IMG/VR virus record: IMGVR_UViG_3300022307_000012
Span: 1-25,494 of that record
Direction: 5' to 3' (one strand)
DNA from: a virus
Taxonomy: Duplodnaviria > Caudoviricetes
Length of the DNA stretch: 25,494 nucleotides
Numbering within the stretch: the first letter of the stretch is position 1; each line of letters opens with the position of its first letter. The position numbers and the translations under genes are program-made. Shown piece by piece: positions 1 through 6,102 of this stretch. The notes beneath the pieces were generated by a model. It ran no database searches. It was given only the letters and a program-made list of their open reading frames with translations, and had not been told where the DNA came from.

Positions 1-1
1 G

Positions 2-94
2 AGGCAGGATATTCTCGGACGTCCATTCCATACTAATAACATACATGGATTGCTGTGTCGGGGAAAGAGAAGGTACAGGGGTTTAGAAATATAA
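2..94 (+). CDS. 3' end of a hypothetical (cassette-type) gene, truncated by the window edge
   Basis: Frame 2 is open from the window start (RQDILGRPF...GLEI*). Its TAA stop at 92-94 lies inside the ATATAAC box of att-like site 1. Confidence 0.55.
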   Translation, partial: RQDILGRPFHTNNIHGLLCRGKRRYRGLEI

Positions 95-148
95 CGGCAG
101 GCATAACCGGGGAGCGTTAGCGACTCCGAGTTAATGCCATTGTTAGTG
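89..148 (-). repeat. attC-like site 1 (60 bp)
   Basis: ATATAAC-6nt-CATAAC...GTTAATG-5nt-GTTAGTG. The inner stem has extra bases on the 3' arm. Confidence 0.75.
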
Positions 149-170
149 TGATCTTTTATGGAGAATAGAA

Positions 171-470
171 ATGGGTGAAGAGGCAGATTATTTAGAAAGC
201 CAGTCTGATGGCGGTGCTGCTGATGCTATGCGCGAGTATGATCAGCAGGAATATTACAAAGGTCTGAGCAAAAAAGAAGCCAGATATCACGACAATAAAC
301 GCTCTGGTGTTGGCACAACGATTCGTTGCGCTAACTGTGGAAAACGAATTTTGAAGAAGTCGCACCAGACTCAATTTTGCAGAAACAAAGGAAAAGGGAA
401 CTGCAAGGACACTTACTGGAATAATGTGAGCGATACCCGGCGCGAAAGATCGCACAGGTTTTCACACTAA
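171..470 (+). CDS. cassette gene; hypothetical protein with Cys-rich putative Zn-binding motif
   Basis: GGAG RBS, CxxC...C...C pattern, stop in CACTAAC. Confidence 0.75.
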   Translation: MGEEADYLESQSDGGAADAMREYDQQEYYKGLSKKEARYHDNKRSGVGTTIRCANCGKRILKKSHQTQFCRNKGKGNCKDTYWNNVSDTRRERSHRFSH

Positions 471-548
471 CGCTGTATTAACTGGGCCGCTGATAGCCTT
501 AAATAAAAATACGGGGTCTACCGGCTCCAGTTGGATTACTTGTTAGTT
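465..548 (-). repeat. attC-like site 2 (84 bp)
   Basis: CACTAAC-5nt-ATTAACTGGGCCG...CGGCTCCAGTTGGAT-5nt-GTTAGTT. Unpaired G533 and T526 when the + strand folds. Confidence 0.8.
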
Positions 549-560
549 GAGGTGTTAACG

Positions 561-758
561 ATGGAATGGAAACAAAAAGGTTTTGCAGTCGTATCTGTGG
601 CAAGAGCCGGACAAAAGGCAATGCCGATGGTTCATTCTTTTTCCTCTGCTGAATGGGAGGCGCAGAGCGATAAGCGCAAGGCCGAACAATTGCCCGAGAA
701 TTTGCGTGAAGGGCTAGAAATTGTGCCTGCGACATTAACATTTGATATGAGCAACTAA
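561..758 (+). CDS. cassette gene; hypothetical protein (65 aa)
   Basis: GAGGT RBS at 549-553, ATG 561, stop in AACTAAC. Confidence 0.7.
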   Translation: MEWKQKGFAVVSVARAGQKAMPMVHSFSSAEWEAQSDKRKAEQLPENLREGLEIVPATLTFDMSN

Positions 759-808
759 CAAGGAGCTAAGTTGCCGCGATCAGCGGTCTACTTAGCGGGC
801 TGTTATGG
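753..808 (-). repeat. attC-like site 3 (56 bp)
   Basis: AACTAAC-5nt-GCTAAGT...CCGC gatca GCGG...ACTTAGC-5nt-GTTATGG. Unpaired T787; no bulge in the L box. Confidence 0.65.
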
Positions 809-828
809 TAAGTATATCAATAATAGCT

Positions 829-1211
829 ACACAACAAACAAGAGGAGTAGAGATGTGGCATACAAAGAAATGACAGAATACTGGAAAGAGCATGGTATCG
901 AGCCGGTTCAGCAGGTAGTTGTGGCGGCGGCATGCTTTTTGTCACATTGCCAACCTATCCTTGTTGGCGCAAGGCATTGGGATAGCGTGATGCGTGGACA
1001 GTTTGCGGGGATAGAGGGGCGTAGCGCCATTCCTAGTGGGGCATGGAAACAGGGTTTTATTGACCAATTTGGGACATTTCTTACTCGTGAAGAGGCTATG
1101 CAGATAGCGAAAGCGGCGGGGCAAAAGATCGATATTAATCGTGGCTGCGGCGGAAACGATAAAAAGCTTTACAGCGAAGGGCTTTATTAGTCACACAACA
1201 AACAAGAGGAG
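829..1211 (+). repeat. 19-bp direct repeat ACACAACAAACAAGAGGAG (829-847 and 1193-1211) containing an RBS
   Basis: Exact match read from the sequence. The two copies flank one gene. Confidence 0.85.
855..1190 (+). CDS. conserved phage hypothetical protein
   Basis: GAGGAG RBS then GTG 855 (or ATG 870). The G-x-R-H, QGFIDQFG-x-FLTREEA and LYSEGLY motifs recall a recurrent phage hypothetical family. Confidence 0.75.
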   Translation: MAYKEMTEYWKEHGIEPVQQVVVAAACFLSHCQPILVGARHWDSVMRGQFAGIEGRSAIPSGAWKQGFIDQFGTFLTREEAMQIAKAAGQKIDINRGCGGNDKKLYSEGLY

Positions 1212-1218
1212 CGGAGAG

Positions 1219-1401
1219 ATGTACGTGTATATTTTTGAGGACGGGCAAATAAAAACAGCATCAACTTTTGATGATGACGATATGGCAAGCTGTGATATGG
1301 GCGTTATTGATGTAATAGATATTAGTGGAGAGAAGCCGAAACAATACCATAATAATAACTGGCACGACCTAGAGAGCGCGGACGATGCCCGCACAACATA
1401 A
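1219..1401 (+). CDS. hypothetical acidic protein (60 aa)
   Basis: GAGGAG RBS and ATG 1219 within the 1141..1401 ORF. Confidence 0.7.
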   Translation: MYVYIFEDGQIKTASTFDDDDMASCDMGVIDVIDISGEKPKQYHNNNWHDLESADDARTT

Positions 1402-1412
1402 GGAGAGAAGAG

Positions 1413-1637
1413 ATGGCTGGTATCGAATTTATACTTATTATTACAATAATCTTTATTACTGCTTACGCAATAATGAGGTTTTATAGGAATGCTAGCTCTA
1501 TTGGAAAAAAGATGGGCGTTGTGACGCTTCATAAGCCAACACTTGACGATATGAGAGTGTTTAGGGAGTTGGGGTACAGACTAAGCCACGACGAAAGCTA
1601 TGGAATACTAGGGATGCATGGGGCTAAAAATCGATGA
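1413..1637 (+). CDS. hypothetical protein with N-terminal TM helix
   Basis: AGGAG RBS, hydrophobic N-terminus, ATGA overlap with the next gene. Confidence 0.7.
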   Translation: MAGIEFILIITIIFITAYAIMRFYRNASSIGKKMGVVTLHKPTLDDMRVFRELGYRLSHDESYGILGMHGAKNR

Positions 1638-2011
1638 AAAAGTGGGTGATAAACGATCCCCAAATACGCTCTAATGCCGCCAATGCTGTTATGGCTATAC
1701 GTGGGGAGGATAACTTAGAAGTCATCATTCAGGAGCATAAGGAGAGCAAGAGCGGGGAGCAAAGGGGTTTCTGGCACGTTTTAATCAAGATTATCAGCGA
1801 TGATACAGGATATCGCCCTGATGAGGTCAAAGAGATGCTTAAAAAGCGGATACTCGGCACTAGAGAGATTAAAATCGGCGGGTTTCAAACAGAGGTAACG
1901 GTAAGCTCAGAGTCGAGGGATAAAGTCGGATATTCTGAATTGATCGAGCATACCTACCAATTAGCGGCAGAGGCTGGGATTGTGCTTCCGTCATCCAGAT
2001 ATAACGGATAG
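1634..2011 (+). CDS. ninB: NinB/Orf-family recombination protein
   Basis: NinB-like pattern (R-x-NA...KS-x-EQ..WH..I..IS...KE..K...ELIE...AAE-x-GI) immediately upstream of ninG. Confidence 0.7.
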   Translation: MKKWVINDPQIRSNAANAVMAIRGEDNLEVIIQEHKESKSGEQRGFWHVLIKIISDDTGYRPDEVKEMLKKRILGTREIKIGGFQTEVTVSSESRDKVGYSELIEHTYQLAAEAGIVLPSSRYNG

Positions 2012-2072
2012 GATAGATAGAGATGTTAAAGCGCGATGGGGTTGATTCTAGCGGGTGGTATTGCTAAAAATA

Positions 2073-2648
2073 ATGAAAAAACCAATTAAGCAGAAAACCT
2101 GTAAAATCTGCAAGGAGAAATTCACCCCTTTTCAGCCGTTGCAATCTGTCTGCACCAATAATGGCTATGCATGCGCCAGAGAGTTCGCCAACAGACAAAG
2201 AGAAAAGCAGATCAAGAAAGAGAAAAAGGAGTTTAACGCCGAAACAAGGCGGATGAAGGAAAAGATCAAGACCAGAAAGCAATGGGCTGAGGAGGCTCAG
2301 GCCGCGTTTAATAAGTTTATTCGGCTAAGGGATGCGAGAGATCCGTGTATTAGCTGCGGAACCACCGACCAGAATATCCAATATTGCGCAGGCCATTATA
2401 AAACGAGAGGGGCATACCCTGAGCTACGCTATGAGGAATTGAACGTACACAAACAATGCAATAAGAACTGCAACCTTCACTTATCTGGCAACATAATCAA
2501 CTACAGGCCGCGTCTAATCGAAAAGATAGGGATTGATAAGGTTGAATGGCTGGAGGGTCATCACGAGCCTAAAAAGTACACCATAGACGACCTAAAGCGA
2601 CTAAAGGCGACTTATAACAAGAAAGCAAAAGAAATAGTAAATAAATAA
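2073..2648 (+). CDS. ninG: NinG/Rap-family endonuclease
   Basis: CxxC N-terminus, AQAAFNKFIRLRD..PCISCG, AGHY..RGA.PELRY.E.N.HKQC..CN.HLSGN...Y...LIEKIG...VEWLEG. Alternative GTG start at 2055. Confidence 0.92.
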   Translation: MKKPIKQKTCKICKEKFTPFQPLQSVCTNNGYACAREFANRQREKQIKKEKKEFNAETRRMKEKIKTRKQWAEEAQAAFNKFIRLRDARDPCISCGTTDQNIQYCAGHYKTRGAYPELRYEELNVHKQCNKNCNLHLSGNIINYRPRLIEKIGIDKVEWLEGHHEPKKYTIDDLKRLKATYNKKAKEIVNK

Positions 2649-2652
2649 TAAA

Positions 2653-2696
2653 TATGCGTGAATAGCATTGACAGTTACGCATAAAAAGCCTAAGCT
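2653..2696 (+). promoter_or_regulatory. sigma70 promoter with flanking inverted repeat (candidate operator)
   Basis: TTGACA 2668-2673, 17 bp spacer, TAAGCT 2691-2696. TATGCGT (2653-2659) and ACGCATA (2677-2683) bracket the -35. Confidence 0.7.
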
Positions 2697-2731
2697 AAGG
2701 CATCTTAAATAAAATCAGATGGAGAGAGAAG

Positions 2732-2989
2732 ATGGTTAAGTATAGGACGGAGGATAATTTTTATGGAGAGTTAATCGAGCCTGTAGAGGTTGAGCGCGAA
2801 ACCGCTTCAAGCGTTTGGATTAATGGTAGGAGAAACGCAAAAATAACAGACTGGCGTTGCTACCATGATACATGGGGCGAAGCTAAAGCGTATCTCCTTA
2901 AATTGGCAGAGTCCAAGTTAAATTCTGCGCGAAGATCTTTAGAGTTGGCGCAAGGCACTTACGGAAACGTAAAAGGCTTGAAGCAATGA
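2732..2989 (+). CDS. phage hypothetical protein
   Basis: GGAG RBS; VERETASSVWINGRR motif seen in small phage early proteins. Confidence 0.75.
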   Translation: MVKYRTEDNFYGELIEPVEVERETASSVWINGRRNAKITDWRCYHDTWGEAKAYLLKLAESKLNSARRSLELAQGTYGNVKGLKQ

Positions 2990-3144
2990 AAAGTCAAAAG
3001 CCATCAGCGGTAGCCAACCGAGCAAAGCGCAACAAGATGCGCGAAGAGGGGCGAGTAAAGGTGAGTTACTTCATTATGCCAGACCAAAAAGAGCGGGCGA
3101 ATAATTATATGCTAACCCGTCTAAAAGCAGTTAAAGGTAGCTAA
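2986..3144 (+). CDS. small basic protein, possible ribbon-helix-helix DNA binder (52 aa)
   Basis: Read by hand: MKSQKPSAVANRAKRNKMREEGRVKVSYFIMPDQKERANNYMLTRLKAVKGS. ATGA-coupled to the previous gene. Confidence 0.6.
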   Translation: MKSQKPSAVANRAKRNKMREEGRVKVSYFIMPDQKERANNYMLTRLKAVKGS

Positions 3145-3180
3145 TAACATGGGCAGATGATAGTCCATAAGGAGATTATA

Positions 3181-3573
3181 ATGGGTGAATTATTTAACAA
3201 TTTAACAATAGCATTAACACCGTCATCCGAAGATATGGCGATGATTAAGGCAACAGAGGATTTTTTCATGGAGGCGTTCGCAACACCAAGCATTGAAGAT
3301 TTTAATATAACTATTATCTCAACTACTGAGGCAAGGATTTACTATACCCTCGGAGATGAAGAGGTTGAAAGTATCGTTGATATTAACGCCAACTATTCGC
3401 CTAGAGAGCCTATGACATGGGAATACCCCGGATCACCGCCTGAGGCATGTATAGAAGAGGTGTTTGGGCTATCGGTATCTGAGAGGCATGAGTGGGATAA
3501 ATGGATGGGGGAGAATGATATAGAGCCAGATTTGCTGTACGCATTTGAAGGAAAAGACGATGACAGATTCTAA
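3181..3573 (+). CDS. acidic hypothetical protein
   Basis: AAGGAG RBS then ATG 3181. Confidence 0.75.
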   Translation: MGELFNNLTIALTPSSEDMAMIKATEDFFMEAFATPSIEDFNITIISTTEARIYYTLGDEEVESIVDINANYSPREPMTWEYPGSPPEACIEEVFGLSVSERHEWDKWMGENDIEPDLLYAFEGKDDDRF

Positions 3574-3679
3574 TGAAGAGATAACAGAAGAAGATCAAGA
3601 CGCTATTGATTACGCATGGGGTGAAGCCTGTTCTCAGCCCGATCTGGTAGATAACTATGAAGATAGAAGAGGTGAGTAA
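3560..3679 (+). CDS. small acidic hypothetical protein (39 aa)
   Basis: MTDSNEEITEEDQDAIDYAWGEACSQPDLVDNYEDRRGE; TAATG coupling to the next gene. Confidence 0.45.
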   Translation: MTDSNEEITEEDQDAIDYAWGEACSQPDLVDNYEDRRGE

Positions 3680-4416
3680 TGGACATTGAAGAGCTTAGAG
3701 AGCCACTTAGAATCGAGCAAATTGATTTTAGAGTGCAGTCTATCAATAAAGGCGGATATGCAACCATACTGGCATACAAGGACGCTAGGGTGGATATGAA
3801 TCGCCTGAACGCTGTGTTCCCGCTCAAATGGCAGCGAAAGCAGGAATCTATCAATGGGCGACTGTTTTGCTCGGTTGGTATTTACAATGACGATATTAAG
3901 GAGTGGGTGTGGGTTCAGGATGTTGGCACAGAATCAAATGCCGAGAAAGAGAAGGGGCAGTCCAGCGACGCATTTAAGCGAGCATGCTTTAACCTTGGGA
4001 TAGGTATTGAGCTTTACGATTACCCCCAGATTAGCGTGAAGCTGCGCCAAGACGAATGGGAGATGCGAAAAGGGAATGATGGAAAAGAGCGCCCTTCTGC
4101 AACATGGAACCTAAAGCTAAAAGAGTGGATGTGGTATTCCGATTTCGAAGAAGGAAAGATCTCGCGCCTTGTAGCTGTTGATTCAACAGGATCAACTAGA
4201 TTTGAGTGGGGAAGAAAGCTGCCAATCACGCCAAAAGTTAATATTAACCCAAAAGCGAAAAAGGAATTCGTGGTACAGGTAAAGCAATGCCTAGCTGATG
4301 CTGATGTAGAAGGTCTTAATGAGCTATTGTCTGAGTGGGATGCAGACGAAAAGGCCGTGCTTTGGAAGGAGTTTAATTCTCAACAACGTGCAGCAATTAA
4401 AGATTTAACAAAATAA
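3679..4416 (+). CDS. Rad52/22-family (Sak-like) single-strand annealing protein
   Basis: LAYKDAR..MNRL..V..W...CSVGI...W.W.QDVG.ES..EKEKG..SDAFKRA....GIG.ELY; followed by an SSB-like gene. Confidence 0.85.
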   Translation: MDIEELREPLRIEQIDFRVQSINKGGYATILAYKDARVDMNRLNAVFPLKWQRKQESINGRLFCSVGIYNDDIKEWVWVQDVGTESNAEKEKGQSSDAFKRACFNLGIGIELYDYPQISVKLRQDEWEMRKGNDGKERPSATWNLKLKEWMWYSDFEEGKISRLVAVDSTGSTRFEWGRKLPITPKVNINPKAKKEFVVQVKQCLADADVEGLNELLSEWDADEKAVLWKEFNSQQRAAIKDLTK

Positions 4417-4442
4417 TACCAACCAATAGAGGAAATAGAAAG

Positions 4443-4775
4443 ATGGCAAAACAACGACTAGCAATTAAAGTTGGCGAATACCAAGATAAAAACGACCCGA
4501 CGAAGATGAAGGGCGAATATGTGAAGCTCGGCGTAATGCTCGACGGGCAGAATGGGGCATATATCCTGATAGATCCATCGGTAAGCCTTGCCGGATGCTT
4601 GCAAAAACAGAACATGATGAACCATCGTGCCGGAAAAGAGGTTCGGGATACTCTTATGGTGTCAGTATTCGATGATCAGCAGCAAACCCAACAGCCCAAT
4701 GACTACGCCCCACAAGGATCGCCGAATAATTACGGCGGATCTCCATCGAATGGATCTGACGATACGCCGTTCTAG
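4443..4775 (+). CDS. phage single-stranded DNA-binding-like protein
   Basis: Compact N-terminal domain, Q/G/P-rich linker, acidic DDTPF C-terminal tip, position after the SSAP gene. Confidence 0.7.
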   Translation: MAKQRLAIKVGEYQDKNDPTKMKGEYVKLGVMLDGQNGAYILIDPSVSLAGCLQKQNMMNHRAGKEVRDTLMVSVFDDQQQTQQPNDYAPQGSPNNYGGSPSNGSDDTPF

Positions 4776-4783
4776 TCTGGAAT

Positions 4784-4813
4784 AAAAAAAGCCCCTCTGA
4801 TGAATGAGGGGCT
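4784..4813 (-). terminator. Rho-independent terminator (minus strand, possibly bidirectional)
   Basis: GCCCCTC/GAGGGGC stem with an A7 run on its left, giving U7 on the minus-strand transcript. Confidence 0.8.
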
Positions 4814-4837
4814 AAGGAGATGAATGGAGATTCATTG
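4784..4837 (-). ncRNA. candidate ~55-nt sRNA with CUCC/CUCCUU motifs
   Basis: Minus-strand TTGTAT-17-TATTAT promoter directly upstream, terminator at its end, no substantial ORF. Confidence 0.45.
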
Positions 4838-4843
4838 TTAGCG

Positions 4844-4892
4844 ATAATACCCCATAATGGATATTGATACAAATAATCTGTTGGTATATTTT
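4844..4892. promoter_or_regulatory. overlapping divergent sigma70 promoters
   Basis: Minus: TTGTAT (4872-4867), 17 bp, TATTAT (4849-4844). Plus: TTGATA (4864-4869), 17 bp, TATTTT (4887-4892), or extended -10 TGgTATATT. Confidence 0.5.
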
Positions 4893-4897
4893 TTATT

Positions 4898-4963
4898 GCA
4901 TAACGCTTGCGATAACGCGACTGAGCCGCAAGGCGAAGGTCGCTGTTAATTGCGTTGTTAGTT
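4898..4963 (-). repeat. attC-like site 4 (66 bp)
   Basis: GCATAAC...GCGATAACGCGAC...GCCgcaaGGC...GTCGCTGTTAATTGC...GTTAGTT. Unpaired T4944 and A4948. Confidence 0.8.
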
Positions 4964-4987
4964 TTCGACTTAAACGGAGATGAGAGC

Positions 4988-5161
4988 ATGAGAATAGATA
5001 AAACTGAACACGGTGTAACTTTGTGGGACGACAACAATAAATGGATATTAGACGCCTCAACAGTTGCTGATGATGGTGAGATAACGATTGATACAAAGGC
5101 TTTTGATATTAAGTACAACACCAAGAAACAGAGGATGGTGCTGAAACTCAAAGAAAACTAA
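4988..5161 (+). CDS. cassette gene; hypothetical protein (57 aa)
   Basis: GGAG RBS, ATG 4988, stop in AACTAAC. Confidence 0.7.
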   Translation: MRIDKTEHGVTLWDDNNKWILDASTVADDGEITIDTKAFDIKYNTKKQRMVLKLKEN

Positions 5162-5242
5162 CGCCATACTAAAGCGGCCGCACGATGCCACAACCACGGA
5201 GCCGAGAACTATCACGGCTCGATTTTAAGTTAATTGTTATAT
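5156..5242 (-). repeat. attC-like site 5 (87 bp)
   Basis: AACTAAC-5nt-ACTAAAGCGGCCG...CGGCTCGATTTTAAGT-5nt-GTTATAT. Unpaired A5227, A5222 and T5219. Confidence 0.75.
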
Positions 5243-5256
5243 TCAAGGTAAGCCGT

Positions 5257-5478
5257 ATGCAAAGGGTATCTAAAAAGAAAAGGAAGAAGCAGCGTAAAGC
5301 GGTTGGCTATGAGGAGCAGCCTGCAACGTGCCGATCTTGTGTTAACTATGAAGGCGGCCTTGTAGTGGATGGCTGTAGATACCAAATGAGGTGCGTGCTA
5401 CACGAGTTTGGGGTTAACCCAAGTGCTGTTTGTAATGATTGGGAAGATCGAAGTGGCGCTGTGCTTGAGAGAATATAA
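5257..5478 (+). CDS. cassette gene; small basic Cys-rich (CxxC...C..H...C) protein
   Basis: AAGGT RBS, ATG 5257, stop in ATATAAC. Confidence 0.7.
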   Translation: MQRVSKKKRKKQRKAVGYEEQPATCRSCVNYEGGLVVDGCRYQMRCVLHEFGVNPSAVCNDWEDRSGAVLERI

Positions 5479-5597
5479 CGGCTTGGCTGAGAGGCAGCAA
5501 GCCACACTTAACTTAAACAAAACCGATGGAGACTATGAGCATGAAAAATTTTAAACAAACATCGCGGCTTGCTGTCCTTTCTAGCCTGTTGTTAGGT
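5473..5597 (-). repeat. attC-like site 6 (125 bp), overlapping the start of the lipoprotein gene
   Basis: 19-bp stem GGCTGAGAGGCAGCAAGCC / GGCTTGCTGTCCTTTCTAGCC with unpaired T5575 and T5582; ATATAAC and GTTAGGT boxes. Confidence 0.8.
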
Positions 5598-5780
5598 GCC
5601 TTTGCACTGAGCGGGTGCTCAACTGGAGACAGACCGATGACAGACGCTGAAGATATTAAAACGCGATGCCTTGATGGGGTTACTTATTACCTCTATCGGG
5701 AAACGGCAGGATATTCGGGTTACGGATACATGAGTGTTAAATTTAACCGCGACGGATCAGTGAATACTTGTGGCACCTAA
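5541..5780 (+). CDS. cassette gene; putative lipoprotein
   Basis: GGAG at 5528-5531. MKNFKQTSR n-region, hydrophobic h-region and LSGC lipobox. Stop in ACCTAAC. Alternative starts at 5526 and 5535. Confidence 0.75.
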   Translation: MKNFKQTSRLAVLSSLLLGAFALSGCSTGDRPMTDAEDIKTRCLDGVTYYLYRETAGYSGYGYMSVKFNRDGSVNTCGT

Positions 5781-5839
5781 CGACCATGCTCACCGGGGCG
5801 AAGCGAAGCGTAGCATCCGTGTGGTGCTAATTGTTATAT
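5775..5839 (-). repeat. attC-like site 7 (65 bp)
   Basis: ACCTAAC-6nt-GCTCACCGGGGC...GCGAAGC...GCATCCGTGTGGTGC-5nt-GTTATAT. Extra bases on the 3' arm. Confidence 0.75.
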
Positions 5840-5859
5840 TTTTATTGAGGAATTTAGAG

Positions 5860-6102
5860 ATGCTTAGAACAAGCGAAGAACCAAGAAAGGCTGCAGCAGA
5901 GGCTCAAAACTATTGCGAAGTGAGCCTTGGTTATCATGTCGGGGCGATGCTGGTTATTAAGTTGCGAGACAACTGGAAAGAGAGGGTTTACAGAATAGGA
6001 TCTCAACAGGGATGTAACAGTTACCGTGTTGGCGATGTTAATAATGGAAAAGGGTTTAATTTTTATCCTTCCATTCACCCGCATGAGTTCGTTGAAATAT
6101 AA
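5860..6102 (+). CDS. cassette gene; hypothetical protein (80 aa)
   Basis: GAGG RBS, ATG 5860, stop in ATATAAC. Confidence 0.7.
   Translation: MLRTSEEPRKAAAEAQNYCEVSLGYHVGAMLVIKLRDNWKERVYRIGSQQGCNSYRVGDVNNGKGFNFYPSIHPHEFVEI

Larger units (their letters stand above)
89..808. mobile_element. integron-like gene cassette array 1 (attC-like cluster, no integrase in window; probably continues left)
   Basis: Three TAAC...GTTA hairpins alternate with single small ORFs, and each upstream ORF stops at the TAA of TAAC. Confidence 0.75.

Noticed and set aside
1345-1353. TACCATAAT as the partner box for site 3 (GTTATGGTA)
   Set aside because: It lacks the AAC triplet and lies mid-gene, not at a stop codon; probably chance.
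1999-2031. ATATAAC...GTTAAAG at the end of ninB as another att site
   Set aside because: There is no internal stem, and the TAA is not the ninB stop codon.
4820-4867. Short + strand ORFs after AAGGAG at 4814
   Set aside because: They are only 15 codons (ATG 4820) or 5 codons (ATG 4824). The GGAG motifs are better explained as the complement of the candidate sRNA.
89-5839. Hairpins interpreted as terminators, CRISPR repeats or REP elements
   Set aside because: They lack consistent U-tracts and share no repeat sequence. The intervening DNA is whole genes. None of these element types explains the complementarity between boxes of different hairpins.
4955-5859. Long N-terminal extensions in the ORF track (starts at 4955, 5185, 5770; also 531 and 771)
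   Set aside because: They read through the att hairpins, and better RBS-start pairs lie downstream of the GTT boxes.
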